Assembly (NCBI GenBank): GCA_038318015.1
Contig: JBBQBU010000001.1
Coordinates: forward strand, 1 to 45,277
Origin: Chloroflexota bacterium
GTDB lineage: Bacteria; Chloroflexota; UBA6077; JACCZL01
Direction: 5' to 3'
DNA length: 45,277 nucleotides
Made by a program: the position numbers and the translations under genes. This document shows, piece by piece, positions 26,681 through 35,702 of the stretch (its first letter is position 1; each line of letters begins with the position of its first letter). A model generated the notes under the pieces. The model was not told where the DNA came from. It saw only the letters and a program-made list of their open reading frames with translations, and did not search any database.

Positions 26681-27565
26681 ATGGCGCATCGGTTGCTGCT
26701 GGATACGTCGAGCCTGCTGTACCGGGCGTTCTTCGGGCTACCCACCAGCATCAAGGATCCAAGCGGGCGCGCCGTCAATGCCGTGCACGGCTACCTTGAC
26801 ATGACCGCCCGCTTGTACGCCTCACGCAAGCCCGACAGCTTGACCCACGTCTACGACGACGTGTTCGTGCCGGCCAGCCGCGCCGAGGCGTACCCGCCGT
26901 ACAAGGCCCACCGCCCCGAAGACCCGCCGGAGTTGCCGCCACAGTTCGACCTGCTGGAAGAGGCGCTTGCCGCGCTCGGGCAAGAGCGCGCTCACGCGAC
27001 CGGCTGGGAGGCCGACGACGCCATCGCGGCGCTGGCTCACTGCGCGGCCCCCGGCGACCTCATCGAAATCGTGACCGGCGACCGCGACTTACTCCAACTG
27101 GTTCGCGACGACGGCCCGACGGTCCGGGTACTGTTCACCGTCAAGGGCGTGACCGACCTGGCCACATTCGACGAGGCGGCTGTGCTCGCCAAATACGGCG
27201 TGCCAGCCTCCCGTTATGTCGATTTCGCCAGCCTGCGGGGCGATCCGTCAGACGGGCTGCCCGGCGTACCGGGCGTGGGCGAGAAAACGGCGCTCAAGCT
27301 GGTCCTAGCCTATCCCAACCTGGATGCCATCCTTGACGACGCCGACGCCCAGCCGAAGCGCCTCGCGGCGTCACTGCACGGTGCGCGCGACTATCTGGCG
27401 GCAATGCGGCGGGTGGTGCCGGTGCGTCCAGACGTGCCGGTCGAGGTGCGGCGCGGCACCGCCGACTCGGCCCAGCTCGAAACCCTGGCCTCCGAACGCC
27501 GGCTCGGTGGCCCGATCAAGCGGCTGCGCGAGGCGCTGGCAGGCCTGTCGGCAGGTTCCGACTGA
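26681..27565 (+). CDS. stand-alone 5'-3' exonuclease / flap endonuclease (Pol I N-terminal domain family)
   Basis: LLLDTSSLLYRAFF, EADDAIAAL, GDRDLLQLV and the H3TH motif SDGLPGVPGVGEKTALKL. GGAGGG Shine-Dalgarno upstream. Confidence 0.85.
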   Translation: MAHRLLLDTSSLLYRAFFGLPTSIKDPSGRAVNAVHGYLDMTARLYASRKPDSLTHVYDDVFVPASRAEAYPPYKAHRPEDPPELPPQFDLLEEALAALGQERAHATGWEADDAIAALAHCAAPGDLIEIVTGDRDLLQLVRDDGPTVRVLFTVKGVTDLATFDEAAVLAKYGVPASRYVDFASLRGDPSDGLPGVPGVGEKTALKLVLAYPNLDAILDDADAQPKRLAASLHGARDYLAAMRRVVPVRPDVPVEVRRGTADSAQLETLASERRLGGPIKRLREALAGLSAGSD

Positions 27566-27678
27566 GCCGCGCACCCGGACCCTCACCGCAACACTCATTT
27601 CGTGATGCTTGGCGCGTCCCTTCACCCCAACAGGCTGCGTTTCCATGACGGGACAGACTGGTCCCGATTGGAGACGCC

Positions 27679-28827
27679 GTGCGAACTGCTCGGCAGCCGT
27701 TTTCGGTACTGCTGCTCGGACTACTGCTCCTGACATTGGCAGGTTGTACTGGCCCGACCCCAACATCGATCTTGCCGAGCCCGACCCCCGTTCAGCGCCG
27801 TCCAGCCAGCGCATCGCCGCAGCCCGGCGCATCGCCAGTCGCCATCCTCCCGAATCCGTTCTCGCGCAAGCCCGAGGCGGCGGCCTCGCCAGCGACCGTG
27901 GCATCCGCGTTGCGGCTGCCCTCGGACGGCCAGCAGATTGTTGTGGTGGACTCGACGGACGGGCACGGTATGTGGGTCCGCCGCAAGCCGGCCGGCGAGC
28001 CGATTCGCACCTGGCCGGATGGAACACCGATGCTCATCATCGGTGAAGACGACTACGCTGAGGGCCGCACCTGGCGACACGTTGCCACGCTGGACGGCGA
28101 CACCGGCTGGGCCGCTGCCGACTTTCTGCTGATGGCCAACGCCGCCATGCTGGCCGCCAACCCGCCCAACCTCGATGCCCTGATGGCACCGCCATCTGCC
28201 ACCCGGACACCAGATGCCGTGGCGCTGCAACCGCGCGTCGCCGTTGCAGAGGCACCACCGGGCGTGCAAATCGTCGTGGCCATGACGGCAACGCCCCGCC
28301 CGGTCACACGGGCGGCCCCGAAGCCCCAGGTACCGCCCGCCGCCGCAGTCGCCCCGGCGGCTCCGCCCATCGCCGCAGCCGCACCCCAGGCAAACGTTGC
28401 CACGGCGACGCCCGCGCCCACGGCCACCCCCCAGCCGACTGCCACACCGATCAAGGCACCGCAGGGCGCGACGACGTTGGAGGTCGCGGAAACGACGCTG
28501 GCGGTCGTCGGGTCGGAACGCGGGCTGCCAATCCAGATAGGTAGCCGGCCGCGCACCGGCATGGAACTGCTGGCTGTCAAGGTCAAAGTTGTGAACACAG
28601 CCGACGCGCCGTACGCCCTCTATCGCGGCTCGTTCAAGTTGGCGCTCTCAGACCGCACCCGCGTCGAGCCACTAGCCGGCGGCGACACGCCGATGGCGTA
28701 CTCCTCATCCGTCGAGCCTGACGGAGAGCTTGAGGCGACCCTCACCTTCGAGGTGCCGGTCGGCACGCGCGTCGATGCCCTGATCTGGGCACCAGAGCGC
28801 GACGTGACCTACTCCATCGGCCTCTAA
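27679..28827 (+). CDS. secreted lipoprotein with SH3b-like and DUF4352-like domains
   Basis: GTG start after GGAG. Signal peptide with an LAGC lipobox and Pro/Ala-rich linkers. A central SH3b-like block (GMWVRRKPAGEPIRTWPDGTPMLIIGED...WRHV) and a C-terminal beta-sandwich-like segment (LLAVKVKVVNTADAPYAL...). Confidence 0.6.
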   Translation: MRTARQPFSVLLLGLLLLTLAGCTGPTPTSILPSPTPVQRRPASASPQPGASPVAILPNPFSRKPEAAASPATVASALRLPSDGQQIVVVDSTDGHGMWVRRKPAGEPIRTWPDGTPMLIIGEDDYAEGRTWRHVATLDGDTGWAAADFLLMANAAMLAANPPNLDALMAPPSATRTPDAVALQPRVAVAEAPPGVQIVVAMTATPRPVTRAAPKPQVPPAAAVAPAAPPIAAAAPQANVATATPAPTATPQPTATPIKAPQGATTLEVAETTLAVVGSERGLPIQIGSRPRTGMELLAVKVKVVNTADAPYALYRGSFKLALSDRTRVEPLAGGDTPMAYSSSVEPDGELEATLTFEVPVGTRVDALIWAPERDVTYSIGL

Positions 28828-29005
28828 GTTTCTTCGTGTGGTGTCTCGGTCTTTCGAGATTCCTGCCACTGTTCGCACGCCAACACCCGAACGGTCAGTT
28901 TCGGCACCGACGCGCCGGTAGACTGATCGTACGCTAGGTGACAGCAGACGACGTTGGCCTGACGCCCGAGCGCAGCGCCACTACCCACGAAGGAGCAGGA
29001 TCATC

Positions 29006-29308
29006 ATGCAGACGCGAAAGACCTTTCTGCGCGGCGCGTCCGTGCTGGCGCTTGCGGCGGCAATCATCGGCGCCAGCCTCGTCGCACCGACGGCGACGAC
29101 GGCAGCCGCCGCACCGGCCCAGCGCGTGAACGGCGACAACTTCAGTGACCTGGAGGCGAAGGCCGGCATTGAGGATGTGCCGATCATCGGCGACGTGGTG
29201 AGCAGCTTCGAGGGACAGGAGCCGGAGGACATCGCGGTTGGGGCGATTCAACTCGGTGCGGCGGCTGCCGAGACGGTCGTGCCGATGTTGATCCGCGCCT
29301 TCAAGTAG
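29006..29308 (+). CDS. small secreted acidic protein, unknown function
   Basis: Strong GAAGGAG SD about 9 nt upstream of the ATG. The N-terminal signal is MQTRKTFLRGASVLALAAAIIGA...AAAAPAQR. The mature part is about 60 aa and Asp/Glu-rich, and a canonical terminator follows. Confidence 0.65.
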   Translation: MQTRKTFLRGASVLALAAAIIGASLVAPTATTAAAAPAQRVNGDNFSDLEAKAGIEDVPIIGDVVSSFEGQEPEDIAVGAIQLGAAAAETVVPMLIRAFK

Positions 29309-29345
29309 GCCGAACGGCGACGCTGAGCCAAGAAATCGAACGAAC

Positions 29346-29378
29346 GGGGCCGCATCGGGAAGATGCGGCCCCGTTTTT
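29346..29378 (+). terminator. Rho-independent terminator
   Basis: GGGGCCGCATC (29346-29356), loop GGGAA, GATGCGGCCCC (29362-29372), then GTTTTTG. An 11-bp perfect GC-rich stem plus a T-run. Confidence 0.85.
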
Positions 29379-29390
29379 GTGTTGTCAAAA

Positions 29391-29419
29391 TTGCTAGGGT
29401 CCGGCCTCGGTGCTACCAT
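29391..29419 (+). promoter_or_regulatory. candidate sigma-70-type promoter for the GT4 gene
   Basis: TTGCTA (29391-29396), a 17-nt spacer, then TACCAT (29414-29419), immediately downstream of the terminator. Sequence match only. Confidence 0.25.
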
Positions 29420-29542
29420 TCGCGGGACAGGCGGCCGAGGGGCTGGCCTGTTTGTTGCTGTCTACGCGCTGTCCGGTTTGCTCGTTCGCGCAGTCCATGG
29501 ACTGGCGAACGGCCTCGGCGGCAATTGAAGGAGCCTGAGAAG

Positions 29543-30802
29543 TTGCGTATCGCCGTCCTCAGCGTCCACACCTGTCCGCTGGCACCGCTCGGCGGCTGGG
29601 AGACGGGCGGCATGAACGTGTACGTCCGTGAGCTGAGCCGGGGGCTGGGTCGGCTCGGCGTGGAAACCGACGTGTTCACGCGCCGGCAGGACCCGGACGT
29701 GCCGACCATCGTCGAACTGGGCGACCACGCGCGCGTCATTCATGTTGATGCCGGTGCGCCGCGCCACCGCGACAAGTACGCGGTCGTTGATGACCTGCCG
29801 GAACTGGCGTGCGGCATTCAGCGGTACCGCAACTTCCTGGGCGCACGCTACGACCTGATCCACAGCCACTACTGGCTGTCCGGCCGGCTCGCGACGCTCT
29901 TTCAGGAGCACTGGCACGCGCCGGTGGTCGCCATGTTCCACACGCTCGGCGCGCTCAAGAACCGCGTGGCCCTGGATTCGGCAGAGCTTGAGCAGCAGGT
30001 ACGTGTAGACATCGAGCGCCGCACCATGGCAACCGCCGACCGCATCGTGGCGGCGACCGAGGTTGACCGCTCGCACATGTTGGAAGCGTACGGGGCGAAT
30101 CCGCGCAAGATCGCGGTGGTGCCGGGCGGCGTTAATTTGGACGTGTTCGGGCCGGGGTCGCGCGCAGACGCCCGCCGACGCCTGGGCCTCCGTCCACTGC
30201 CGACGTTGCTCTTCGTTGGGCGCATTCAGCGACTCAAGGGCATCGACATTCTGATCCAGGCGGCCGCCAAACTGCGTGACGACCTCGGACCACTGCAGGT
30301 CTTGATTGTTGGTGGCACTGGCGACGACTCTGGCCAGCGGACCTCGGAAGAGGCGCGCGAACTGGCTCGGCTGCGGGGCCAGGTTGCCGACCTCGGCCTG
30401 GGCGACACGGTGCAGTTTGTCGGGGCCGTCGAGCAGGCGCAACTGGCCGAGTACTACCGTGCGGCTGACGTGACGGTGATGCCGTCCACCTACGAGTCGT
30501 TCGGGCTTGTGGCCGTCGAATCGCTGGCCTGCGGGACACCCGTCGTCGCGTCGCGCGTCGGCGGCCTCGCCACCATCATCCGCGACGGCGAAAACGGAGC
30601 GCTGATCCCCTGGCGCGACCCGGAGCTGTTCGCCGACCGCATCCGGGCGATCCTGACCGATGCTCGCCACGCCGCCGACTTGCAGCGCGGGGCCGTCGAA
30701 ACGGCGCAACAGTACAGTTGGCACGGCGTGGCCGAGCGGACCGTCCAGGTCTACGACAGCTTGCTGGCCGTGCCCGCCGGCCGCCTGGGCAGTGCCGAGT
30801 AA
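29543..30802 (+). CDS. GT4 family glycosyltransferase (MshA/BshA-like retaining GT-B)
   Basis: TTG start 9 nt after GAAGGAG (29527-29533). The upstream part of the track ORF overlaps the terminator and was trimmed. RIAVLSVHTCPLAPLGGWETGGMNVYV is MshA-like, and the C-terminus carries E-x7-E (YESFGLVAVESLACGTPVV). Confidence 0.8.
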   Translation: MRIAVLSVHTCPLAPLGGWETGGMNVYVRELSRGLGRLGVETDVFTRRQDPDVPTIVELGDHARVIHVDAGAPRHRDKYAVVDDLPELACGIQRYRNFLGARYDLIHSHYWLSGRLATLFQEHWHAPVVAMFHTLGALKNRVALDSAELEQQVRVDIERRTMATADRIVAATEVDRSHMLEAYGANPRKIAVVPGGVNLDVFGPGSRADARRRLGLRPLPTLLFVGRIQRLKGIDILIQAAAKLRDDLGPLQVLIVGGTGDDSGQRTSEEARELARLRGQVADLGLGDTVQFVGAVEQAQLAEYYRAADVTVMPSTYESFGLVAVESLACGTPVVASRVGGLATIIRDGENGALIPWRDPELFADRIRAILTDARHAADLQRGAVETAQQYSWHGVAERTVQVYDSLLAVPAGRLGSAE

Positions 30803-30870
30803 CAGTCCGGCCGCACCGGTCCGGTCGGGTTCGTCACGATTGCTCGCGTAATTCTGCGCCGCGCGCTACT

Positions 30871-31578
30871 ATGCAGACGATGCTAGACCAACTGCGCGAA
30901 CTCCAGGCACTCGACAGCCGCATCGACACCGAGCGCGACCGCATCGTCACCATTGAGGCCTCGGTGCGCGACCGGTCGGACTATGCCGCTGCACAGCGCC
31001 GTCACGCCGAGGCGGTGCAGCCGCTCCGACAGTATGAGGCCTCCCAGAAAGACCTCGAGCTGAAACTTGGCACCGCCCGCCGTCAGCAGGCCGACGTTGA
31101 GCAGAAGCTGTACAGCGGCAAGGTCGGCAGCCCACGCGAGCTTGACGACTTGCAGAAGCGTAGCGCCGACCTGGGCCGCCAGATCACCGGCGGCGACGAA
31201 GAGCTGTACACGCTGATGGAGCAACTGGAGGAGGCGACGCGCGAGGCTGCTGAGGCTGAAGCAACGCTGAAGCAGGTCGTTGCCGAGCGCCGCACCTATG
31301 AGACGGACCTGATTGCCGAGCGCAAGGTGCTGGCAGCCAGCGTCAAGCAGGCCACCGCCGACCGCGACCAGCTACGTAGCCGGTTTGACGCTGCGGCGTT
31401 GCGGCAGTATGACCGGCTCCGCTCGACGCGCGACGGCGTCGCCGTGGCCGAAGTGAAGCAGCGTATCTGCCTGGGCTGCCGCGTCACGCTGACGGCCGCC
31501 TATGAGCAGCGACTACGCCACGGCGACGCGCTGGTGACGTGCCAGAGCTGCGGGCGCATCCTCTACCTCAGCAAGTAG
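30871..31578 (+). CDS. COG1579-type coiled-coil / C4 zinc-ribbon protein
   Basis: Long heptad-like N-terminus (LRELQALDSRID...) and a C-terminal CLGC...CQSC zinc ribbon. Start trimmed to ATG 30871. Confidence 0.7.
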   Translation: MQTMLDQLRELQALDSRIDTERDRIVTIEASVRDRSDYAAAQRRHAEAVQPLRQYEASQKDLELKLGTARRQQADVEQKLYSGKVGSPRELDDLQKRSADLGRQITGGDEELYTLMEQLEEATREAAEAEATLKQVVAERRTYETDLIAERKVLAASVKQATADRDQLRSRFDAAALRQYDRLRSTRDGVAVAEVKQRICLGCRVTLTAAYEQRLRHGDALVTCQSCGRILYLSK

Positions 31579-31846
31579 CCGCCGCTGGCCGCGCGATCAG
31601 CGGCGATTCCTGCTGATCCGCATCGCGCCCGACAGCGTATGTCCCACCGGCAAGCTAAATCGGCGCGATAGGTGTGCCGTCACAATGTGATGCGATGTCA
31701 CACGCGGCAAAGCTGAGAGCATTCCGTCAGGCTAGCCCGCCTCCCCCTCCGAGTGACGCCGACTTGGGCCGCGCCAGGGCCGTATTGCGTCTCAAACGCG
31801 TTTCGCCATGAGCGCCCAATTTGCCGCAGGCGCGCGCCGGATGCCG

Positions 31847-31875
31847 TTGCCCGGCCTCCGTCACGGGCATACAAT
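31847..31875 (+). promoter_or_regulatory. candidate dcw (Pmra-like) promoter
   Basis: TTGCCC (31847-31852), an exactly 17-nt spacer, then TACAAT (31870-31875). Lies about 90 nt upstream of the mraZ start and directly upstream of the GTGGN repeats. Confidence 0.45.
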
Positions 31876-31885
31876 GCCATCGCAG

Positions 31886-31930
31886 GTGGGGAATTGTGGA
31901 TAAACGTGGGGATAAGTGGCCGCAGGTGTG
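31886..31930 (+). promoter_or_regulatory. MraZ operator-like array: five GTGGN/GTGTG boxes at exact 10-bp spacing
   Basis: GTGGG 31886, GTGGA 31896, GTGGG 31906, GTGGC 31916, GTGTG 31926. The first and last boxes are each preceded by CGCAG. This matches the known MraZ recognition of direct (G)TGGG-N5 repeats upstream of mraZ. Confidence 0.6.
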
Positions 31931-31961
31931 CATAACTCGGCATGGTCTGGAGGGCTGACCA

Positions 31962-32414
31962 TTGTTTCTCGGTCAAGCCGTCCACTCCATCGACGAGAAG
32001 CACCGGCTTGCCATCCCTGCGCGTTTCCGGGCAGAACTGGCAACTGGCTTTTACCTCACCAAAGGCGTTGACCGTTGCCTGTACATCCTCACGGCGGACG
32101 CCTGGGCACGCCTCGCCGAGCGCATCCAGGCGCTGCCGTCGATGCAGGCCGACGCGCGGCGACTCCAGCGCCACTTCTTCTCGGGCGCCGATCACGTCGT
32201 GCCGGACAAACTGGGACGGATCGTCCTGCCGCCCAGCCTGCGTGAGTACGCCAACCTGCGCGGTGAGGTCGTTATCGCCGGCGTCCACAGTCGCATCGAA
32301 TTGTGGGACAAGGCGACCTGGGACACCGAGGAGGCCCGCGCCGACGACGAAACCGCCACGCTGGCTGACCATCTGAGCGCCACGCACGCCGAGTTGCCCG
32401 GCCTGGGCATCTGA
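31962..32414 (+). CDS. mraZ: transcriptional regulator MraZ
   Basis: TTG start after GGAGGG. Two SpoVT/AbrB-like halves with the DxxxR motifs (DEKHRLAIPARFR and DKLGRIVLPPSLR). 150 aa and first gene of the dcw cluster. Confidence 0.92.
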   Translation: MFLGQAVHSIDEKHRLAIPARFRAELATGFYLTKGVDRCLYILTADAWARLAERIQALPSMQADARRLQRHFFSGADHVVPDKLGRIVLPPSLREYANLRGEVVIAGVHSRIELWDKATWDTEEARADDETATLADHLSATHAELPGLGI

Positions 32415-32481
32415 ACCTGGGGCGCGCGCCTTCGCTCGCGACCCCGCCAGTACCCACACCGATGCCACATGGGACACACGG

Positions 32482-33432
32482 ATGCCAGCCAGCCACGCCG
32501 AGCGCAGACCAGCAATCGGGACCGAGCCGGGCGAACACGTCTCGGTCCTGCTTGACGAGGTGCTGCACTGGCTACAGCCGCGTGACGGCGGGCGGTACGT
32601 TGACGGGACGCTCGGCAACGGCGGCCACGCATCGGCCATCCTGGCGACCAGCAGCCCGACCGGTCGCCTGCTCGGCCTGGACGCCGACCCGGACGCAATC
32701 AGCGTCGCGCAGGCCCGGCTCGCGGCCTACGGCGAGCGCGTGATGATCGTGAACAGTTCGTTTCGCGACCTGCCAGCCGTCGTGGTGGCCCACCAGTTCG
32801 GCCCGGTGGGCGGCATCCTGCTCGATCTGGGCATCTCGTCGCGCCAGCTTGACGGCGGCGGGCGCGGCTTCAGCTTCCGCCATGACGAGCCGCTTGATAT
32901 GCGCTTCGACCCGACCCGCGGTGATTCGGCTGCGGACATTGTGAACGGAGCGGCCGAGGAAGAGATCGCGAACATCCTCTACCAGTACGGCGAGGAGTAC
33001 AAATCGCGGCGGGTCGCCCGCGCCATCGTCTACCGGCGTGCGCGTGCCCCAATCGTAACCACGCACGATCTTGTGACGGTGGTAGAGTCTGCACTGGGGC
33101 CGAAACGCGGCCGAACCCACCCCGCAACCAAGACCTTTCAGGCGCTCAGGATCGCCGTCAACGACGAACTCGGCGCACTGGAGCAGACATTGCCCGCCGC
33201 TGCGTCCCTGCTCGCGCCGGGCGGGCGGCTGGCCGTCATCTCGTTCCACTCACTTGAAGATCGGCGCGTCAAACAGTTCTTGCGCGCTGGCGGCACCCTT
33301 GAGGCACCCCTGACAGAGCTCACCCGAAAGCCCGTCATCCCCTCACCGGAAGAGGCCGACCGAAACCCACGCGCCCGGAGTGCCAAGCTGCGGGTTGCCG
33401 AGCGGACGCCAGCCGAAGGGACTCACGCATGA
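32482..33432 (+). CDS. rsmH: 16S rRNA (cytosine1402-N4)-methyltransferase
   Basis: HVSVLLDEVL, DGTLGNGGH, LLDLGISSRQLD and ISFHSLEDRRVK motifs, in the position after mraZ. Confidence 0.93.
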   Translation: MPASHAERRPAIGTEPGEHVSVLLDEVLHWLQPRDGGRYVDGTLGNGGHASAILATSSPTGRLLGLDADPDAISVAQARLAAYGERVMIVNSSFRDLPAVVVAHQFGPVGGILLDLGISSRQLDGGGRGFSFRHDEPLDMRFDPTRGDSAADIVNGAAEEEIANILYQYGEEYKSRRVARAIVYRRARAPIVTTHDLVTVVESALGPKRGRTHPATKTFQALRIAVNDELGALEQTLPAAASLLAPGGRLAVISFHSLEDRRVKQFLRAGGTLEAPLTELTRKPVIPSPEEADRNPRARSAKLRVAERTPAEGTHA

Positions 33433-33893
33433 GTGCTGTAGCGCCGGCGCACAGAGGGGCCGCCCAGATGCGGATACTGACAACTCCGCGAGTGCGACGC
33501 CCCAGCCGCGTCCTGCTGCTCGTGCTGCTCCTGCTGGCGCTCGCGCCGCCGGCCTACCTGTTGCAGACAGGCGGCGCATTGACGACTGGCTACGAGATCC
33601 AGAAGCTCGAGCGCGAGCGGACGACCTGGATCAACCGGAACCAGCAGCTTGAGGTCGAGATCGCGCGGGCGCGGTCGCTGATCTGGGTCGAGCATGAGGC
33701 TGTCCACCGGCTCGGCATGCAGCGCCCGAACCAGCACATCGCCGTCCGTATGGAAGCCCCCGTCCCATCGCAGCCGGAGCCGCGCTTGCTCCGACGCGGC
33801 GCAGAACCCACCATGGCAGCACCGATAGAGGAAGGGCCGCGCTGGCTCGATGCGCTCGGCTCCTTCTTCGCCAGTCTCGGATGGAGCAGCTAA
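33429..33893 (+). CDS. ftsL: FtsL-like cell division protein (single TM plus coiled coil)
   Basis: ATGA overlap with rsmH. One TM segment (VLLLVLLLLALAPPAYLL) is followed by a coiled coil (YEIQKLERERTTWINRNQQLEVEIARA). Sits in the canonical slot between rsmH and ftsI. Confidence 0.7.
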   Translation: MSAVAPAHRGAAQMRILTTPRVRRPSRVLLLVLLLLALAPPAYLLQTGGALTTGYEIQKLERERTTWINRNQQLEVEIARARSLIWVEHEAVHRLGMQRPNQHIAVRMEAPVPSQPEPRLLRRGAEPTMAAPIEEGPRWLDALGSFFASLGWSS

Positions 33894-33899
33894 CCCACC

Positions 33900-35648
33900 A
33901 TGCCGGCCGGCAGCGGAAGCTTTCGCACACGGATCATCCTGCTCGGGGCACTCTTCATGGGGTGCGCTGCGCTGCTCTCGTATCGCTTGTACGTCTTCCA
34001 GTGGGTCGAGCGGGAGCAGTACCGCGAGAAAGCCACCCGCAACCATCAGCGCACGATCTCGGTGCTGCCACAGCGCGGCTCGATCTTCGACGCGAACGGC
34101 AATCCGTTGGCCGTGTCGGTTCAGCTCGACGCGGTGAGCGTCACCGGCAAGGACATCGCGAAAGACCCGCTCAAGGGCAGCCAGTCGGTCCAGAAGCTGG
34201 CCGGCATGCTCGGCATCCAGCCGCAGGACATTCAGGGCCTGGTGGACCCGAACCGCGAAGACCCAGTGCTGGTGCGGGACCAGTTGCCCGCCGCCCTCTC
34301 CGACCAGATTCGCTACGCCATCGACGATGGCGCGCTGCCGGGCGTCTCGATTGACCCGCGACCGGTGCGGCAGTACCCGGAGGGATCCATCGCGCCGCAA
34401 CTGCTCGGGTGGATCGGGCGGGACCGCAAGGGGCTGGCCGGCCTGGAGTTCAGCTTCGACGAGGAGCTACGGGGCGAGCCGGGCACCATTGAGACGGAAG
34501 CCGATACCACCGACAAAGAAATTATCCTGGCGCGGCGCATCGTGAAAGTGCCGCGCGAGGGATCCGACATCGTGCTCACGCTGGACCGGTACGTCCAGCG
34601 CATGCTGGAGCGCGAGCTTGCGGAGGCCGTCCGGGCCAACAAGGCATCTGGCGGACAGATCCTGGTGATGGAGCCGTCCACCGGCGCGATCCTCGGCATG
34701 GCGAGCCTACCCACCTACACCGTGTCGGACCCGATGCAGATTCGGGAAGGCGAAGAGATGCTGCACAAGGCCGTCAGCATCACCAACCAGTATGAGCCAG
34801 GCTCGGTCATGAAGCTGGTGACGATGGCGAGCGCCATCGAGATGGGACTTGTCACCCCGAGCACCATGGTCAACGACACCGGCATCGTGACGTTCAAGAA
34901 CGCACCCGGCCAGCCCGACACGACCATCAAAAACTGGGACTTGCGGGCAAACGGCACTATCTCGATGACGGAGGTGCTGGTGCGCTCGTCAAACGTCGGC
35001 ACCGCCTTCGTCGCCCAGAAGCTCGGCAAGGAGAATCTGTACCGCTACCTGCATCAGTTCGGCTTCGGTGAGGTGACCGGGGTGCAGCTACCGGGCGAAG
35101 TGCCGGGCACCATGCGCGTTCCATCTGACCGAGACTGGACCATTGTCGATCAGGTGACGAATGCGTATGGTCAGGGCATCGCCGTGACGCCGATTCAGAT
35201 GCTCAATGCCGTGGCCGCCATCGGCAACGACGGCGTCCTGATGCGGCCTACCATCGTCAAGCAAATCGACGGGCCGGATGGCGTACGGCGCATCGAGCCG
35301 CAGGAGATCCGCCGCGTGATTTCCCCCGAGACGGCCCGCACCCTCCGCGAGATGATGGTAACGGTCATCGACCAGCCGGCGCTGATCCAGCAGCGGATTC
35401 CCGGCATCCGCGTGGCCGGTAAGACTGGCACCGCCGACTTCCCGACGAACCTCGGCTACACGACTGGCAAGACGTTTGCCTCGATTGTGGCCCTGCTCCC
35501 GGCCGAGAAGCCGCGCCTCGCGATCCTGATTCGGCTTGACGCACCAGAGGCAATCTATGGCGGCACCGTGGCCGCGCCGGTGCTGAAGCGGGTCGGCAGC
35601 GAACTCGTGGCGTACTATAGAATCCCAACGAATGCGAATGCTCGATAG
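33900..35648 (+). CDS. ftsI: peptidoglycan D,D-transpeptidase (class B PBP, FtsI-type)
   Basis: N-terminal TM anchor, PBP dimerisation domain, and SxxK (GSVMK), SxN (SSN) and KTGT motifs. Confidence 0.92.
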   Translation: MPAGSGSFRTRIILLGALFMGCAALLSYRLYVFQWVEREQYREKATRNHQRTISVLPQRGSIFDANGNPLAVSVQLDAVSVTGKDIAKDPLKGSQSVQKLAGMLGIQPQDIQGLVDPNREDPVLVRDQLPAALSDQIRYAIDDGALPGVSIDPRPVRQYPEGSIAPQLLGWIGRDRKGLAGLEFSFDEELRGEPGTIETEADTTDKEIILARRIVKVPREGSDIVLTLDRYVQRMLERELAEAVRANKASGGQILVMEPSTGAILGMASLPTYTVSDPMQIREGEEMLHKAVSITNQYEPGSVMKLVTMASAIEMGLVTPSTMVNDTGIVTFKNAPGQPDTTIKNWDLRANGTISMTEVLVRSSNVGTAFVAQKLGKENLYRYLHQFGFGEVTGVQLPGEVPGTMRVPSDRDWTIVDQVTNAYGQGIAVTPIQMLNAVAAIGNDGVLMRPTIVKQIDGPDGVRRIEPQEIRRVISPETARTLREMMVTVIDQPALIQQRIPGIRVAGKTGTADFPTNLGYTTGKTFASIVALLPAEKPRLAILIRLDAPEAIYGGTVAAPVLKRVGSELVAYYRIPTNANAR

Positions 35649-35655
35649 CGCCCCC

Positions 35656-35702
35656 GCGACTGGCCGTCACGCTTGTGCAACAGGCAATCTGGTGCCAGTC
35701 GC
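35656..35702 (+). other. 9-bp perfect stem-loop just after the ftsI stop
   Basis: GCGACTGGC (35656-35664) pairs with GCCAGTCGC (35694-35702) around a 29-nt loop. No T-run follows. Confidence 0.4.

Noticed and set aside
31579-31846. Possible RNase P RNA or other housekeeping ncRNA next to the COG1579 zinc-ribbon gene.
   Set aside because: I looked for the universal GAGGAAAGTCC and ACAGAA.CCGGCTTA blocks (RNase P), the SRP GGAAG..AGCAGCC motif and tmRNA ends, and found none. The region is also too short for rnpB.
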